A DNA stretch of 64,000 nt from Octopus vulgaris (GCA_951406725.2 OX597826.1:48856001-48920000); one strand, 5' to 3'. Shown: positions 29,380 through 43,775, counted from the first letter of the stretch. Notes: a model not told the origin generated them from the letters alone. Translations and numbers: made by a program.

Positions 29380-29835
29380 TCCAAAACTGGTAAGACAAAG
29401 CAAATCTATACAAATTAAGTAAAATAATGAAGATCTGGAGCAACAGTAAAAGGAACAACAAACCCTAGTTTGGGGTCACCATCAGCTCCATAATAGCTTC
29501 CACTTCACAAGCTTAAGGAGAATACATGACATCAAGTGGCTGCAAAAAGTCTGAAATGACACAACTGAGATGACAATGGGCATCTGTAACAAAATAAGAT
29601 ACAGAGGACCCATCCTCAGACAAGGTCAAGTAAGTGATTGTATGATGACACTAAAGTGACAGTCTGAAGGGAAAAGAGTAGCTGGGTGCTCTAAAACCAC
29701 ATGGCAAAGGTTCATTGACAAGGAGAGGAAGCAAGAAGAATGGAGAAGCTGGAATGAAATCAGAACAGTGGCAGAAAACAGAGCTGGTTGGAAAGATCAT
29801 ATTGTGGCCTTCTGTGCCTCATGGCATAGAGAGAA
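29380..29835 (+). mobile_element. RTE LINE, RT C-terminal remnant
   Basis: LRRIHDIKW, GPILRQ, SEGKRVAGCSKTTWQR, WRSWNE..AENRAGWKDHIVAFCASWH. Confidence 0.8.
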
Positions 29836-30344
29836 CTATCACCCAAAACTCTGATGATGGCAAGAGAAGTTCGTTTATGTCAAGTATTAGAAATAGATGA
29901 TAAATCATCTCATCCTTTAACAGTGCCAACCAGTAGTCCTCCACTATCATTGTATTATGAAGAAGAAATAATAGTTGCAGAAGAAAATCTACGGGTGGTT
30001 GGAGAAAGAAAGGAAAAAAAGGGGAAAATCTCAACCCATCCCCAAAGACTTAATATACAACAATGAAATGAGCAAGGAGGAATAATTTCTTTCAAGTGAC
30101 AATGAAAATAATGAAAAATATGAAGAGAATGATGATGAACTAAGATTCATTGTTTTTTGAAAATGTAACAAAATGTTAATAGACAAAATTATGCATTTCT
30201 AGTGCCGTAGACTTTCCAAAACAGTTAAAATGAAACAAAACAATATGCGAAAAATGGACTATAAGTAAAAAATGACACAAAGATATTACAACAAACATAA
30301 CATAGTATACTCCCCAAATCCCAAAGCCAAATCATCATCATCAT

Positions 30345-30527
30345 CATCATCATCGTTTAACGTCCATTCTCCATGCTAGCATGGGTTGGACGGTTCAACC
30401 GGGGATCTGGGAAGCCAGAAGGCTGCACCAGGCTCCAGTCTTATCTGGCAATGTTTCTACAGCTGGATGCCCTTCCTAACGCCAACCACTCCATGAGTGT
30501 AGTGGGTGCTTTTTACGTGCCACCTGC
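30345..30527 (-). mobile_element. RTE-type 3' end repeat with (GAT)n tail
   Basis: Reverse complement of ggcgttaggaagggcatccagctgtagaaa..ccaacccatgctagcatgga..cgttaaacgatgat. Confidence 0.8.
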
Positions 30528-31334
30528 ACAAATGTCTCAAAAAAATGTTTACAGGTGTATTTGGTTGCTCTCATACACAAATTAGGAAATAGTTAATTGG
30601 TAACATTGTGGAATATTTAATCCAAACTTAGGCAGTACCTTTCCATGTTCTGTTCTTTATAATTATCTCATATTTTAACTATTGTTTCTCTTCACTCTTT
30701 CCTGGATGAGCTCCTGTGACAAAGAAAGGCTCTTCAGTTTCACAAAATTCTCTCATCTACGTATTTTTTTTTCATTTGTGTCTTGTCAAAAATTTCTGTT
30801 CAGTTTATATTAAAAGAAGATTCCCTTTGATGCTGCAACTATATGAGTGGATTGTAATATTTGACTCCATACAAAAGTCACTGTTGTTGTTGCTGTTATT
30901 AGTATCATCTTCAAAAGTACTTGTTGGAGTGTTTGGAATATTTTCTATAACTATTAATTGCTCATTAAACTGTGCATCTCTTTCTTGTCCTTGTATTTTG
31001 ATTTTGTGTTTTTTTTTGTTTTCATTTGCAATTTTATTGTTCAGTCATGTGATGTATTTATATTTGGGAGAAATTTTGTGTATGAAAATGTAAATTATGT
31101 AAATAAACTTTTTTGTTGTCTACATCTCTGTTATTGAGAACAAGCTTTCCTTAACATAGTTATAGTTCTTTTTTTCACACATACACACATTTGGTAGTGC
31201 TTGAATGAGTTGTATCTTGACGAGAGAAGAAAAAATATGTATTCACTCGATATGAGTCAAATATGACAACAGCAGCAAAAACAACAATAACAGTAACCAT
31301 TGTGGTGGTGGTGATGATGATGATGATGATGATG

Positions 31335-31520
31335 CTCAACCAGTGCTCAGCTGGTGCTTTATTTTAGGAAAAGTTGACTTTGACAGAATTTGAACTCAGA
31401 ATGTAAAAAAAACCCAGAATAAATGCCTCTAAGCAAATAGTCCAAGTCGCTTACAATTCTGTGAGCTCACTACCTACTACTACTACTACTACTACTACTA
31501 TGACTACTAATACAACAACA

Positions 31521-31593
<73 letters not shown>

Positions 31594-32050
31594 GTAATAA
31601 TAATGGTGGTTTCAAATTTTGGTGCAAGCCCAGCAATTTGGGGTTTGGGATAAATCGATTATGTTGACCCCAGTGTTCAACTGTTACTTATTTTATCGAC
31701 CCCAAAAGGATGGAAGGTAAAAATCAACCCCAACAGAATTTGAACTCAGAATATGAAGGTGGATGAAATGCGACCAAACATTTTGCCCAGCGTGCTAACA
31801 GTTCTGCCAGCTTGCCACCTAAATAGTAATAATGAGAAGAATATTTTATAGTTGAGGCAGAAGGTCAATAATTTTTGAGAGGAGGGTTTATTGTTGATAC
31901 CATCAATCCCAGTAATTGACTGGAGTCAATAGCATTTTATTGCTCCCGGGGAAAGGAAATACAAAGCTGACCTCAGCAAGACTTGAACTCAGAGTGTAAA
32001 GACCTGGAACAAATACCATTAGGTATTTTTTCTGATGCTCTATTGTTTCT
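31335..32050 (-). mobile_element. Three Meta-type SINEs in minus orientation among (AAT)n tracts
   Basis: aatttgaactcagaat repeated. Confidence 0.75.
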
Positions 32051-32091
32051 CCCAATCCATTGACACAATAATAATAATAATAATAATAATA

Positions 32092-32171
<80 letters not shown>

Positions 32172-32177
32172 TATAAT

Positions 32178-32422
32178 AACATCCTTAAACAACCCTTATT
32201 CAGGGACCTTTTCAGTGGGATGGGATATTCAACCAAAAGAAAATTCTAACTGAGCCCCATCTACAAGGTCATGTGCTGTTTATCTTGATATGAGCTCACT
32301 TGATATGGTTGTGATGCATGTACCTGGCATACCCTTATCAGAAGGGTAGTCATAGTAGGTATGTTGGGCTTCGTATATTTTATCCCAGTGTCACTTTGAT
32401 GTCATATACTGCTCTCTCACTC
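32178..32422 (+). mobile_element. 5'-truncated copy of the 555-bp element
   Basis: Ends ctgctctctcactc followed by (AAC)n/(AAT)n. Confidence 0.85.
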
Positions 32423-32745
32423 AACAACAACAAAAACAACCACAACAACAACAACAACAACAACAATGATAATAATAATAAAAGTATAATTATCAGGTTC
32501 CATGTTTCCCAAGATCAACATGTATAATATGTCTATGTAGTTGAGTGTAAGAACAAAAGTTAATTATCAGCTAATTAGTTAATTAGTTAGGTTTATGAGG
32601 ATATTGTTGGACAGTTATTAATTTGCTAATTAATATTATTATGATTTATGTTAAAATCCTAAACAAACCAATTATTCATATCAATTACATATGTGAATGT
32701 GTTTGTTATGTACGTATGTGTGTATATATATATATTTATATGAAT

Positions 32746-32807
<62 letters not shown>

Positions 32808-32984
32808 CTTTTCAAAAAAAGGGTGGGGGCTTTTTTATGTTCTTTGATTTTTAATTTGTTTAGAGAGGCATTCTGGGGGTTTGCTGCCTGAACTTTTTCA
32901 CCTGAGTTTTGTTTGTTTACGTTCATCAAAGATTTGATGCTTGCTCTTTTACTCATGTATATATATATATATATATATAATATA

Positions 32985-33876
32985 CAGGGTGTGATGTGTA
33001 AATTGTTACGATTTCATATTTTTTATTTCGTGCATGTGCATTTTGTTTCTTTTTGATTTTGTAGACTACAGAGTATGGTAGGGTCAGTTGGGCACCGTCT
33101 GTGAGAAAAATAGCACCATTATGCAATTCATTCTGCCAGAAATTTGGAAACAACATGCTATACTGGTTGACATTCACACCAGAAGCTCCAATACAAGCAT
33201 TTCAGAGTGTTTCGGTGTCAATCTGAGGACAGTGCAATCTGAAGACATGTACCAATAGTGATAAAAATTAAATAACCAGTCAACATCATGGTGTTTAGAG
33301 TGATCACTAGTGTTGGCAATGTCATGCCTCCATTCATTTTCCCACACAGCCTGTAACTCAACACAGAGGCCTACATCAAGTGCCTGGATGAGGTAGTACT
33401 ACCCTTGGTCAAGAGGGTGGTTGCTGGAACACACTATGTCTAGCAACAGGACTCTGCATCATGCCACACAAGCAGGAGAACCCAGTCATAGCTGTCAGAC
33501 AATTTCTGCGACTGCATCACCCCTAACATCTGGCCACCTACCTCCCCAGACTGCAACCCTCTTGATTTTCATGTGTGGGGCACAGTTGAGCAAGAGACCA
33601 GCGAAACTCTTTGTAATACCAGAGATGAACTGAAGGCAAGGATTATGACAGCATTCACCAACTTAAACAAGGAGACTGCCCAGAAGAGTTGCAGGAGATT
33701 CTGAAGTCATTTTGAAGGCCATGGTTGAAGCTTTGGCAATTTTATTGAATAGATTTACTCTTTAGTATTTTAAGATATTTTTGTGTAATTTTGGTAAATA
33801 TATCTGTTAAAATGAGAGGTCAGTGTTATTTTAAAGTTTTGCATAATTTAGATGACAGTTTATTCACTACACCCTG
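32985..33876 (+). mobile_element. Tc1/mariner maT (DD37D) transposon, internally deleted
   Basis: TA-flanked TIR cagggtgt..; MVFRVITSVGNVMPPFIF, QQDSASCH...WPPTSPDCNPLD with 37 aa spacing. Confidence 0.9.
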
Positions 33877-33953
33877 TATATATAATTTTTCTTTCTTCTT
33901 TTAATGAATTCTTTATTATTTGCATGGGAAGGATTTGTCAGTTTCCTTCTGTA

Positions 33954-33957
<4 letters not shown>

Positions 33958-33987
<30 letters not shown>

Positions 33988-34232
33988 TATCATCGCCTTT
34001 TTTATGAACCTTCTTTCTTGTCAGCATCCTTACCATTATTACCACTATTATCAGTATTATCATCATTATTATTGTCATCATCATTATTGTAGTCAGCATG
34101 ATTGCTGTCATTGTCGGCATCGTCATCCTTATAATTGGCACCACCATCGTCATCATCATATAATTGGCACCACCATCATCATCATCATTGTCATCCCCAT
34201 CATTGCCATCATCATCATCGTCATTGTCATTG

Positions 34233-34275
<43 letters not shown>

Positions 34276-34600
34276 AATCGCCATCATCATCATCATCATC
34301 ATTGTCATTGTCACCATCATCATCATCATCATCATCGTCATCGTCATCATCATCATTGTTGTAGTCATTGTTGTCATCATGACCATCGTTGCCCTTCCCC
34401 TCATCCTCATCATCGTTTACATCATCAACATCACCATCAATGCCATCAGCATCAGTATTATCCCTACAGTCATCTTCATTGCTATCACTATCATCATTAT
34501 CATTTATCATCATCATCATCACGGTCATCTTCACCATCATCATCATTGCAATCATCATCATCATCGTCGTTGTCATCTTCATCATCATCATCATCATCTT
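33958..34600. repeat. Degenerate (CAT)n tract
   Basis: Direct inspection. Confidence 0.9.
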
Positions 34601-35048
34601 ATTACCTTTATAGGAAACACACCTATAGTTTCTACTCATTAATCAAATCCTTCTTCATACATGTAATGGAACAAAATCAATAAAAACAACAATAACAAAT
34701 AACACAATCTCAGTACCAGTAATATACTGTGTCCTATTCAATTATCTATACATATTCCCTACCTTCACAGCCACCCCCACCTGTCACTGTTGCGTGATGT
34801 TGCCTTGACATCTAATCAGACAGAGGAAATCAATACTGATGCTATTGATCTTGTATTGAATTTCCCCATAAGTATTCCAATTGTTTGACTGACCCCTTTA
34901 TTGTAAGATAATGTTATTAGTGGTTGAGTATACCACAGGCACTTGTACTTTTAGTGTAATGATCTGGCATAACCAGTACAACATTGTGATATTTTGTGAT
35001 GGTGGTGGTGGTGGTGGGGGATAGGAAAAATAACAATGATAATGTCAG

Positions 35049-35095
<47 letters not shown>

Positions 35096-35099
35096 GTGG

Positions 35100-35131
<32 letters not shown>

Positions 35132-35494
35132 GGGATGGTGTTGATGATATGATATTGATGTGATGATGTCATTAATGGGAATAAGGATGATACTGATGAT
35201 GATGATGACAATGATGATGATGATGATGGTTATGATGATGACAATGAATACGACGATGATGACAATAAAAGCAGTGATGTTGGTGATAATAGTGGTGCTG
35301 GTGCTGGCGCTGGTGTTGGTGTCAGTGGTGATAGCAGTGGAGGTAACAGTGGTTATGTTGATATGAAGGAGGAGGAAGAGAAGTCTTCCTTATTGTAAGA
35401 AATAATGGAATGTTTTGTCAGTGAAGTTTTATAAAATCATCGAAGCTTAGCAGGTTGGTTAGTTGGGTGAGCAGAACTATTAGTATATATATTC

Positions 35495-35722
35495 TTTTTC
35501 ACTTTTACTTGTTTCAGTCATTTGACTGTGGCCATGCTGGAGCACCGCCTTTCGTCGAGCAAATCGCCCCCAAAACTTGTTCTTTGTAAGCCTGGTACTT
35601 ATTCTATCAGATTCTTTTGTCGAACTGCTAAGTTATGGGGACGTAAACACACCCGCATCGGTTGTCAAGCGATGTTGGGTGACAAACACAGACACACAAA
35701 CATATATACACACACACACATG

Positions 35723-35778
<56 letters not shown>

Positions 35779-35950
35779 GAAATATATACGACAGGCTTCT
35801 TTCAGTTTCCATCTACCAAATCCACTTACAAGGCTTTGGTCGGCCCAAGGCTATAGTAGAAGACACTTGCCTAAGGTGCCACACAGTGGGACTGAACCCA
35901 GAACCATGTGGTTCGTAAGCAAGCAACTTACCACATAGCCACTCCTACAC
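35495..35950 (-). mobile_element. CORE-like SINE
   Basis: Family match. Confidence 0.9.
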
Positions 35951-37214
35951 TATGTAGAACAAGAACAGGTAACAGCAGGTCACTACAGGTCACAATAGGA
36001 CAAAACACAATAATAGGACACAATAAGTTACAGTAGAACATGATAAGGTCGCAATAGGATATATGAGAGAGCAATATGAGGGGGCAATAGGATATGAGAG
36101 AACAACAGGGTATAACACAACAATAGGTCTCAATAAGAAATGAAACAACAATAAATTACAAAGGTGAGAATAGGACATTGAACAACAATAGGTCAGATTT
36201 TTTGGAGATATTTGGTGTTGTAAAACACCCAACACCTTGAGGGTATTCATTTTTAAGTATGATATAATCCCTTAATTTTAATTTTACAAGCAGTCTATTT
36301 TTTGCATGTTGTTTATATTCTGAACCAAGCAGTCTTTGAGACATTCAAAATTCTTCAGAGGGTCCATGATATAGCAAATGTATAGTTTTGTCTATTCACT
36401 GCTCTTTTGATTTTCAGTGGAATAGACAGTCTTAGTCCACCTTTGACCTCTGCATATCTTTCATTAGATTCCTGAGGAGTGATTTCATCGTCACAAAAGA
36501 AATTGTTTCTCCTGGCCTATTTGCTTTATTTTATGTTAAATATTATTTCCTGTTATTTTCTTTCACTTTTTCCTTTTATATTTTCATCTGTAATTATTTC
36601 TTCCTCATCACACACTAAAATTATGGTTCTAGAAGTTTGGCACTGTTCAGTGATGCAGTATTTGCTCATTTATTTACGATACTTGGCCTAAAGGTATTTC
36701 ATTTACCAACCTCATTGTTGGTGATGTTCTGATACTTGGTGTTTATCATTATTGTTGATCATTATTGTTATTTTTACTTAATCTTCCCACTTCTTCAGAG
36801 CATTTAATACTAAGACAAGTTTAACTCCAACAAATATATAATATTTTCTTCTTCTTTTTCTTGTTCTATTTTCAGCTCTAATTATTCCTTCCTCATCAAA
36901 CCACTAAATTATGGATTTTTTTTTTAGTTTGATACTGTTTAGTTACAACAATTATGCATTCTACCCTGTATCATTAATTTAGTGGTCTTTGTCTAAGCAC
37001 CTTCTATTAGATATAACTTTGGTCTTGTGGCCTTCAGGGATCATTAAACCTAGCAAATCCATTTTGATGTCACCTGACGACATGTCACCTTCCATTAAAC
37101 CTGCATTGACCACACATCTTGGGTACATTTAGCCAAAGGTCAACATAATGTCCAATGTCTTCTATTGTGAGTCTTGTGTTTCTTTAACCCCTGTTAGTTT
37201 TGTCCACATAACTC

Positions 37215-37432
37215 TGTAAGGAGCATAGGACCAGTTTCCCAGTTTCTTGGCATATATATTCTTCTCTGGATGGGATGCTGGTCCATTGAAGGGTTACTCA
37301 TTATTACCAGCTCTGGGGCAACATAAGGTGAAGTGTTTTCCTCAATAACACATTGCATGGCACAGTCCAGGAATCAAAATCACAACCTTAGACTCATGAG
37401 TCCAACACCCTAACCACCAAGCCGTGCACCTC
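37215..37432 (-). mobile_element. tRNA SINE (V-SINE-like), degraded
   Basis: Reverse complement ggaggtgcacggcttggtggttagggtg..gattcctggac; related to the copies at 39907 and 57153. Confidence 0.65.
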
Positions 37433-37866
37433 CACTTTAACCCATGTACTGGAGTGCAAGTGTATAGTCAGAGGCATGTCTGAGAATTCTGCTCAGTGCT
37501 TTGGCTGCATATTCAGTTCTGAAGACACAAGAGATAGTACCGTAATTTTGCCTTTTTCAATTGAAATAGTTCAGAGCACTTGCTGTACAACACAAGGAGG
37601 AAATTAATTTGTTTCTATGATTGCATAATCATTTAACATTTAATTGTTTTAGCCATTGGACTGCGACCATGCTGGAGCACTGCCTTGCAAAGTTTTGGTT
37701 GAATAGATTCACTCCAGTACTCATTTTCAAGTCTGGAATTTATTCTATTGGTCTTTTGTGCCAAATCGCTAAGTTACAGGTGTTTAGACAACCAAATCCA
37801 GCTGTCAATCAATGGAAGGAGACAAACATAGATACAAAGGCACACACACACACACACACACACACA

Positions 37867-37900
<34 letters not shown>

Positions 37901-38176
37901 TTCATCATCATCATCTTTTAACATTTGTTTTCCATGCTGACATCGGTTCAACGGTTTGACCAGACCTGACAAGCTGGGGAACTGCACCAGGATCCAGTCT
38001 GATTCAGCTTGGTTTCTATAGCTCAATGCCTTTCCTAATCCCAACCACTTTACTGTGTGTGCTGGATGCTTTAATGTGGCACCAGGGTTCTAGCAGGCCA
38101 TCGTGTATATATACACATATATTTTCTCTCTTTATTTTCTCTTCTTTATTTTCTCTCCTTGTTTCTTTCTGTGTTC

Positions 38177-38212
38177 CTTTCTGTGGAAGAGCATAGGCTC
38201 GAAACGCTAAAG
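38177..38212 (+). ncRNA. Degenerate minimal hammerhead motif in a PLE-like tail (38115-38302)
   Basis: cttt-CTGTGGA-a-gagc[atag]gctc-GAAA-cg-C-T-aaag; A6 and U16.1 are altered. Confidence 0.5.
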
Positions 38213-38298
38213 ACTTTTTCACTTCTTGAGCGTTAAACTAATACATCTGTTTGCTGTCTACACCACCTGTCTTCATCATCTGCTTTTTTGTGAATTCT

Positions 38299-38369
<71 letters not shown>

Positions 38370-38446
38370 GTTTCCAAAGTCTCCACTACCAAATTTACTT
38401 CCAAGACATTGGTTTTCCTGAAGCTATAGAAGAATACACCCTCTAA

Positions 38447-38675
38447 GGTGGCCAGCTGGCAGAAACGTTAGCATGCCAGGTGAAATGCTTAGCAGTATTT
38501 TGTCTGCTGTTACGTTGAGTTCAAATTCCACCGAGGTCAACTTTGCCTTTCATCCTTTTGGGGTCAGTAAATTAAGTACCAGTTACGCCCAGGAGTCAAT
38601 ATAATCGATTTAATCCCTTTGTCTGTCCTTGTTTGTCCCCTCTATGTTTAGCCCTTGTGCGCAATAAAGAAATAC
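38447..38675 (+). mobile_element. Meta-type SINE nested in a CORE-like SINE
   Basis: TSD-like agaagaatacacc on both sides. Confidence 0.85.
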
Positions 38676-39172
38676 AGAAATAAGAAGAATACACCTGCCC
38701 AAGGTTCTGCACAATGGGACAGGATTGAAACCACATGGTTGCAAAGCAAGCATTTATTTTTCAAGCACACAGCCATTCCTCTGTCTATAGCAAACATATG
38801 TAATCTTGATATTTCTAATTAAAACCCAAGCAGGTGCTGCTCTAGCATGGGCTCAGTCCAATGACTGAAACCAGCTAAAGACCAAGAAAATATAAGAGAC
38901 AACATATATGTATTTCTTTCTCATTACCATTTTATTTTATTGCATTTTATTTTAATTTTTTATGTTTCTTTTTTTCATATTTTTATCTCTATTATCGTAA
39001 TAATGATGTTTTCTGAAAGTCATTCATATATTATATATTTTTTGGCTATTTTAAGTAAATTTCCACAAATTCAATGTTGCTTTTCTTGTTTTTCTTTTAA
39101 ACATCAATGTTCTGGAAGATAGCTTATGTTATGAACATTACCTTTCCATTGTCTAATACGCTGCCAGATTAT

Positions 39173-39233
<61 letters not shown>

Positions 39234-39414
39234 CATACAGACAGACACACAACATATACACACACACTCACTCGCACAAATATGTATTTGTGTCTCTGAG
39301 TAATAAAAACGGATGAATGGTTTATCTGGAATTGCTGCAATTAGCAGATATATATATATATATATATGTACATATATATGTGTATGTATGCATATCTATA
39401 CATACATATATACA

Positions 39415-39497
<83 letters not shown>

Positions 39498-39689
39498 CAT
39501 GTGTTTATATAAATGCATGTATATATGTTTACGTGTGTGTGTGTATGTGTGTGTTTGTGTGTATGTGTATGTGTGTAAAAGCTTCAGTGAGCATTAATCT
39601 AATATAATCGCAGTGTATGTCCAATTGACTTTGTTGCTTTTTCCTGTTATTTGTCCCAATGGATTTGCCTATACACACACACACACACA

Positions 39690-39890
39690 TATACATACAT
39701 GCATACATACATACATACATACATACATACATACATACATACATACATACATACATGCATGCATACATACATACATACATACATACATACATACATACAT
39801 ACATACATTCATTCATACATACATACATACATACATACATACATACATACATACATACATACATACATACATACATACATGCATACATGT
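39690..39890. repeat. (CATA)n microsatellite
   Basis: Direct inspection. Confidence 0.95.
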
Positions 39891-39906
39891 GTATATGATG
39901 TATGTG

Positions 39907-40068
39907 GGAGCAGGTGGCTTAGTGGTTTGGGTGTTGCACTCATGACTGCAAGATGTGGTTTCGATTCCTGAATGGGGTGATGAATTGCATCTTTGAGCAA
40001 AAACAGTCCATTTCATGTTGCTCCAGTCCACTCAGCTGGTAAAAGTAAATTATTTCCATCCAGGGGAG
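39907..40068 (+). mobile_element. tRNA SINE (V-SINE-like), internally deleted
   Basis: tggcttagtgg A box, ggttcgattcc B box, ttccatccagggg. Confidence 0.7.
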
Positions 40069-40221
40069 GAATATATATCTCTTTTTTTCTAAAATAGATC
40101 TATCTTCCAATTCTACAACCTATCAAACACACACACACATGCATAAACATAGAGCTAGCTGACAAGCTACCAATCTTTCATCATCATCATCATCATCATC
40201 ATCGTCATCATTATCATCCTC

Positions 40222-40510
40222 ATTTAACATCAGTCTTCCATTCTTGCATAGCTTGGACAGTTTGACAGAGGCTGGCAAGCCCAAGGACTGCACCATTCTT
40301 TACTCTGTTTGGCAATGTTTTTATGGCTGGATGCCCTTCCTAATGTCAAGCACTCTACAGAGTAGCTTGGGTGCTTTTTACATAGCACCAGCACCGGTAA
40401 GGTCTGCTTTGGCATGGTTTTTACAGCTAAATGCCCTTCCAAATGCCAACTAGTTTTCAGTGTAAACTGGATGCTTTTTGAATAGCACCACTACAGGTGG
40501 GGGTCACCAA
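40222..40510 (-). mobile_element. RTE-type 3' end repeat
   Basis: ggctggatgcccttcctaatg motif, present twice. Confidence 0.7.
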
Positions 40511-40729
40511 GTAACAAGTAAATCAAAGAGCCCTTTAGAGGGGCTGTATTTTAGGAGGTGCTGTTGTGTCAGGTAATGAGAGGTTAGAGTGTGACCGAGA
40601 GACAGAAATAGGTGTCTTGTTGTAGAGGAGAAACATGGTTACCCCAGCCAGAGGAAGAGAGCAAGAGAATATTCTTCTTACCTAACTATCTACCAACCTG
40701 TTTATCTACTTATCGAGCTATCACCCCCC

Positions 40730-40738
40730 TCTCTCTCC

Positions 40739-40770
<32 letters not shown>

Positions 40771-40956
40771 CTGTCTACCTGTCTCTCTATCTATCTATCT
40801 ATCTATCTGTGTCTATCTATCAATCTCCCTATCTATCCATGTATTTATCTATCTATCTATCAATTTAGCTAACTAACAATTTATCTATTTGCCTATTTAT
40901 TTATTTATTTATTTATCTATTGGTCTGTCAGTGTGTCTATCTGTCTATTTATCTAT

Positions 40957-41014
<58 letters not shown>

Positions 41015-41045
41015 CTATCTAACAAGCTATCTATTTATCTATTGG

Positions 41046-41099
<54 letters not shown>

Positions 41100-41170
41100 G
41101 ATCTATCTATCTCTCTATCTATCTACCTGTCCCGCTATCAATCTATCTATCTACCTATCTATCTATCTAA
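40730..41170. repeat. (TCTA)n/(CT)n compound microsatellite
   Basis: Direct inspection. Confidence 0.95.
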
Positions 41171-41434
41171 TATTTATGTGTCAATTTACAGATTTTGGGA
41201 ATATAAACCCTGAAACTTTGACTTGCTCCTTAAATTGAATCTGATGACCAAACTCTCAGCACTGTAAGTAGGAAACTTTCTTTTATATTCTTAAAATATG
41301 AATATTGCATACATTGGATTTAAAGAAATACAAATATGAGCATTTTGTAGAAATTTGGCATGTGTACATATGTACATATATACACATATATGTCAATGTA
41401 TCAATATACATATATATAAATGCTCATGTGTGTG

Positions 41435-41484
<50 letters not shown>

Positions 41485-41516
41485 CATACATGCATATATA
41501 TACATGCATATATATG

Positions 41517-41547
<31 letters not shown>

Positions 41548-42070
41548 ATATATACATCTGTACACCCATACACATGTATTGGAATAATTTGTTATTAAGC
41601 TGGTATTGTTAAAAGAACACATTTTTATGTAATAAATATAAACGTATCAATATATGACTACACACACACACATACACACATACACATATATATACATATA
41701 TATATATATGTGTGTGTGTGTATGTATATATAAGCATATAGTCATTGGATAAATAGAACATAAATGCATAAAAAAATATTGAATTCACATTTCTAAGACA
41801 CTTTCAGGAATTCTGATTGTTCAACATCCATTTGGTATTTCACTTTAAAAATTTCTATAAGTTGTTCTTTGTTTTTTAGTTGTTTTAAATGTTTTATTTG
41901 TTACTCTGATATTTTTTATTTGTTTTTTTTCTTTTCTTTTTTTTGTCTTCTCATCATAGTGCTGTGGTAACTATGTTTACATTGAAGAAGTATATGCATA
42001 TGTGTCTATGTGTGTGCGTGTATGTGAGTGTACTTGTATGTATGCACATATATATATATATATATGTATG

Positions 42071-42132
<62 letters not shown>

Positions 42133-42271
42133 TATACATATATATATATGTATATATGTATATACATATGTATATATATATATATTTATATATATGTATG
42201 TATGTATATACATATGTATATATATATATATGCTATTTCATAATGATCCTTATTACTACTATTATTATTAT

Positions 42272-42310
<39 letters not shown>

Positions 42311-42507
42311 CATACACACACATATATATGCATATATATTTACATATATACATGTATATATGTATGTGTGTGCATGCGTGAGTGTGTGTGTGTGTGTGTG
42401 TGTGTATTTCTACATGTGTGTATGTGTTACATATATGCATATAATCTCCCTTTTTAATTTCGTTCATTCATTAAAACGGATAAATAAATAAGCAAGGATT
42501 GGAGAAG

Positions 42508-42551
<44 letters not shown>

Positions 42552-42941
42552 AAGAAATTGAAGGAGGGATGAGGAGTAGAGGGGAGAGAAATTCCTAAAT
42601 ACCACAAAACTTCTGACTCACAAGTACCACAAACACTACTAAACACACACACACATACATAATCACACATGCACACACAGATGTTTACTCACATATATAC
42701 AAACGCACATACACATTCATATGCACACATACGTATACACACAGACACACACACGCACACATCTCTGTTAGGATGATGGATTAAAAACAATTTCAAAAAG
42801 AGTCATGACAATAGCAATGACAATTCCTCAGAAGTAAAGACAAGGGAGAGGTTTTGAGAAAAGGCCTCCAACCCTGCCCCAAAAATGCACAACTAAATAA
42901 ATATTATAAAACAAGGAATTTCTTGTGAATGCCTTTAACTC

Positions 42942-42988
<47 letters not shown>

Positions 42989-43552
42989 TTCTCTCTCCTT
43001 TTATTTATATATCTGTTGTTCTCTCTCCCTCTTAAATCAAAATTCTTTCCCTGTGTTTGGTGACAACTTTCTCAGAATTATTACTTATTGATCTGCTGGG
43101 GGGTGGAGGAGAACGAAGGGGAGAGCTGGGAGGGGAAACTGTTGCTCATGATATTGCAATCAGAATGGTTATGTGTACGTGTGTGTGTATGTTTGTGATG
43201 TGGTGTATGCATGTGTGTATAGGAGTGTGTGTGTCAGTGCATGAACGTATGTGTTGGAGTATGTGAATGTATATGTGTGTGAGAAAAATGCATGTCTGCG
43301 AGGGATGCATATGAGTATTTCTCAATATCATTTAATTCTTTTAATTATTATTCTTGCATTTATCCATTATTGTTATTGCCATTATTACTGTTAGCATTTT
43401 CTCCAGGAATTTTAACATTTAGTCCTACTTTCATTACTGTTATAATTATTTGTATTATTTTCACTGGGTTGAGATTGCAAATCCTTCCTCCATCTCATAC
43501 CTGTATTTTCAGCATATATATATATATAGGTCATGGAAACCCTCATTTACTA

Positions 43553-43604
43553 GTCTTCTCTGAAGAGACAAGAGTTGAAACGCATGGCAATATTGTAAGA
43601 TGAC
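43553..43604 (+). ncRNA. Type-I hammerhead ribozyme motif with canonical core
   Basis: gtcttct-CTGAAGA-gac[aaga]gtt-GAAA-cg..tg-T-A-agatgac; predicted cleavage after GUA (43597). Confidence 0.7.
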
Positions 43605-43715
43605 AATAAGCACCATTTTCTCTGTCAGTGTTTTTGATATTGCATTCTATATAATTGTGAATTACTACAACAACCTAATAGCAATATACACAGACTTATG
43701 AGTATGCATGCGTAT

Positions 43716-43775
<60 letters not shown>

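Noticed and set aside
35960-36200. Degenerate caatagg repeats as a Sox-site cluster
   Set aside because: More likely a decayed minisatellite or subterminal repeat of an unidentified TE.
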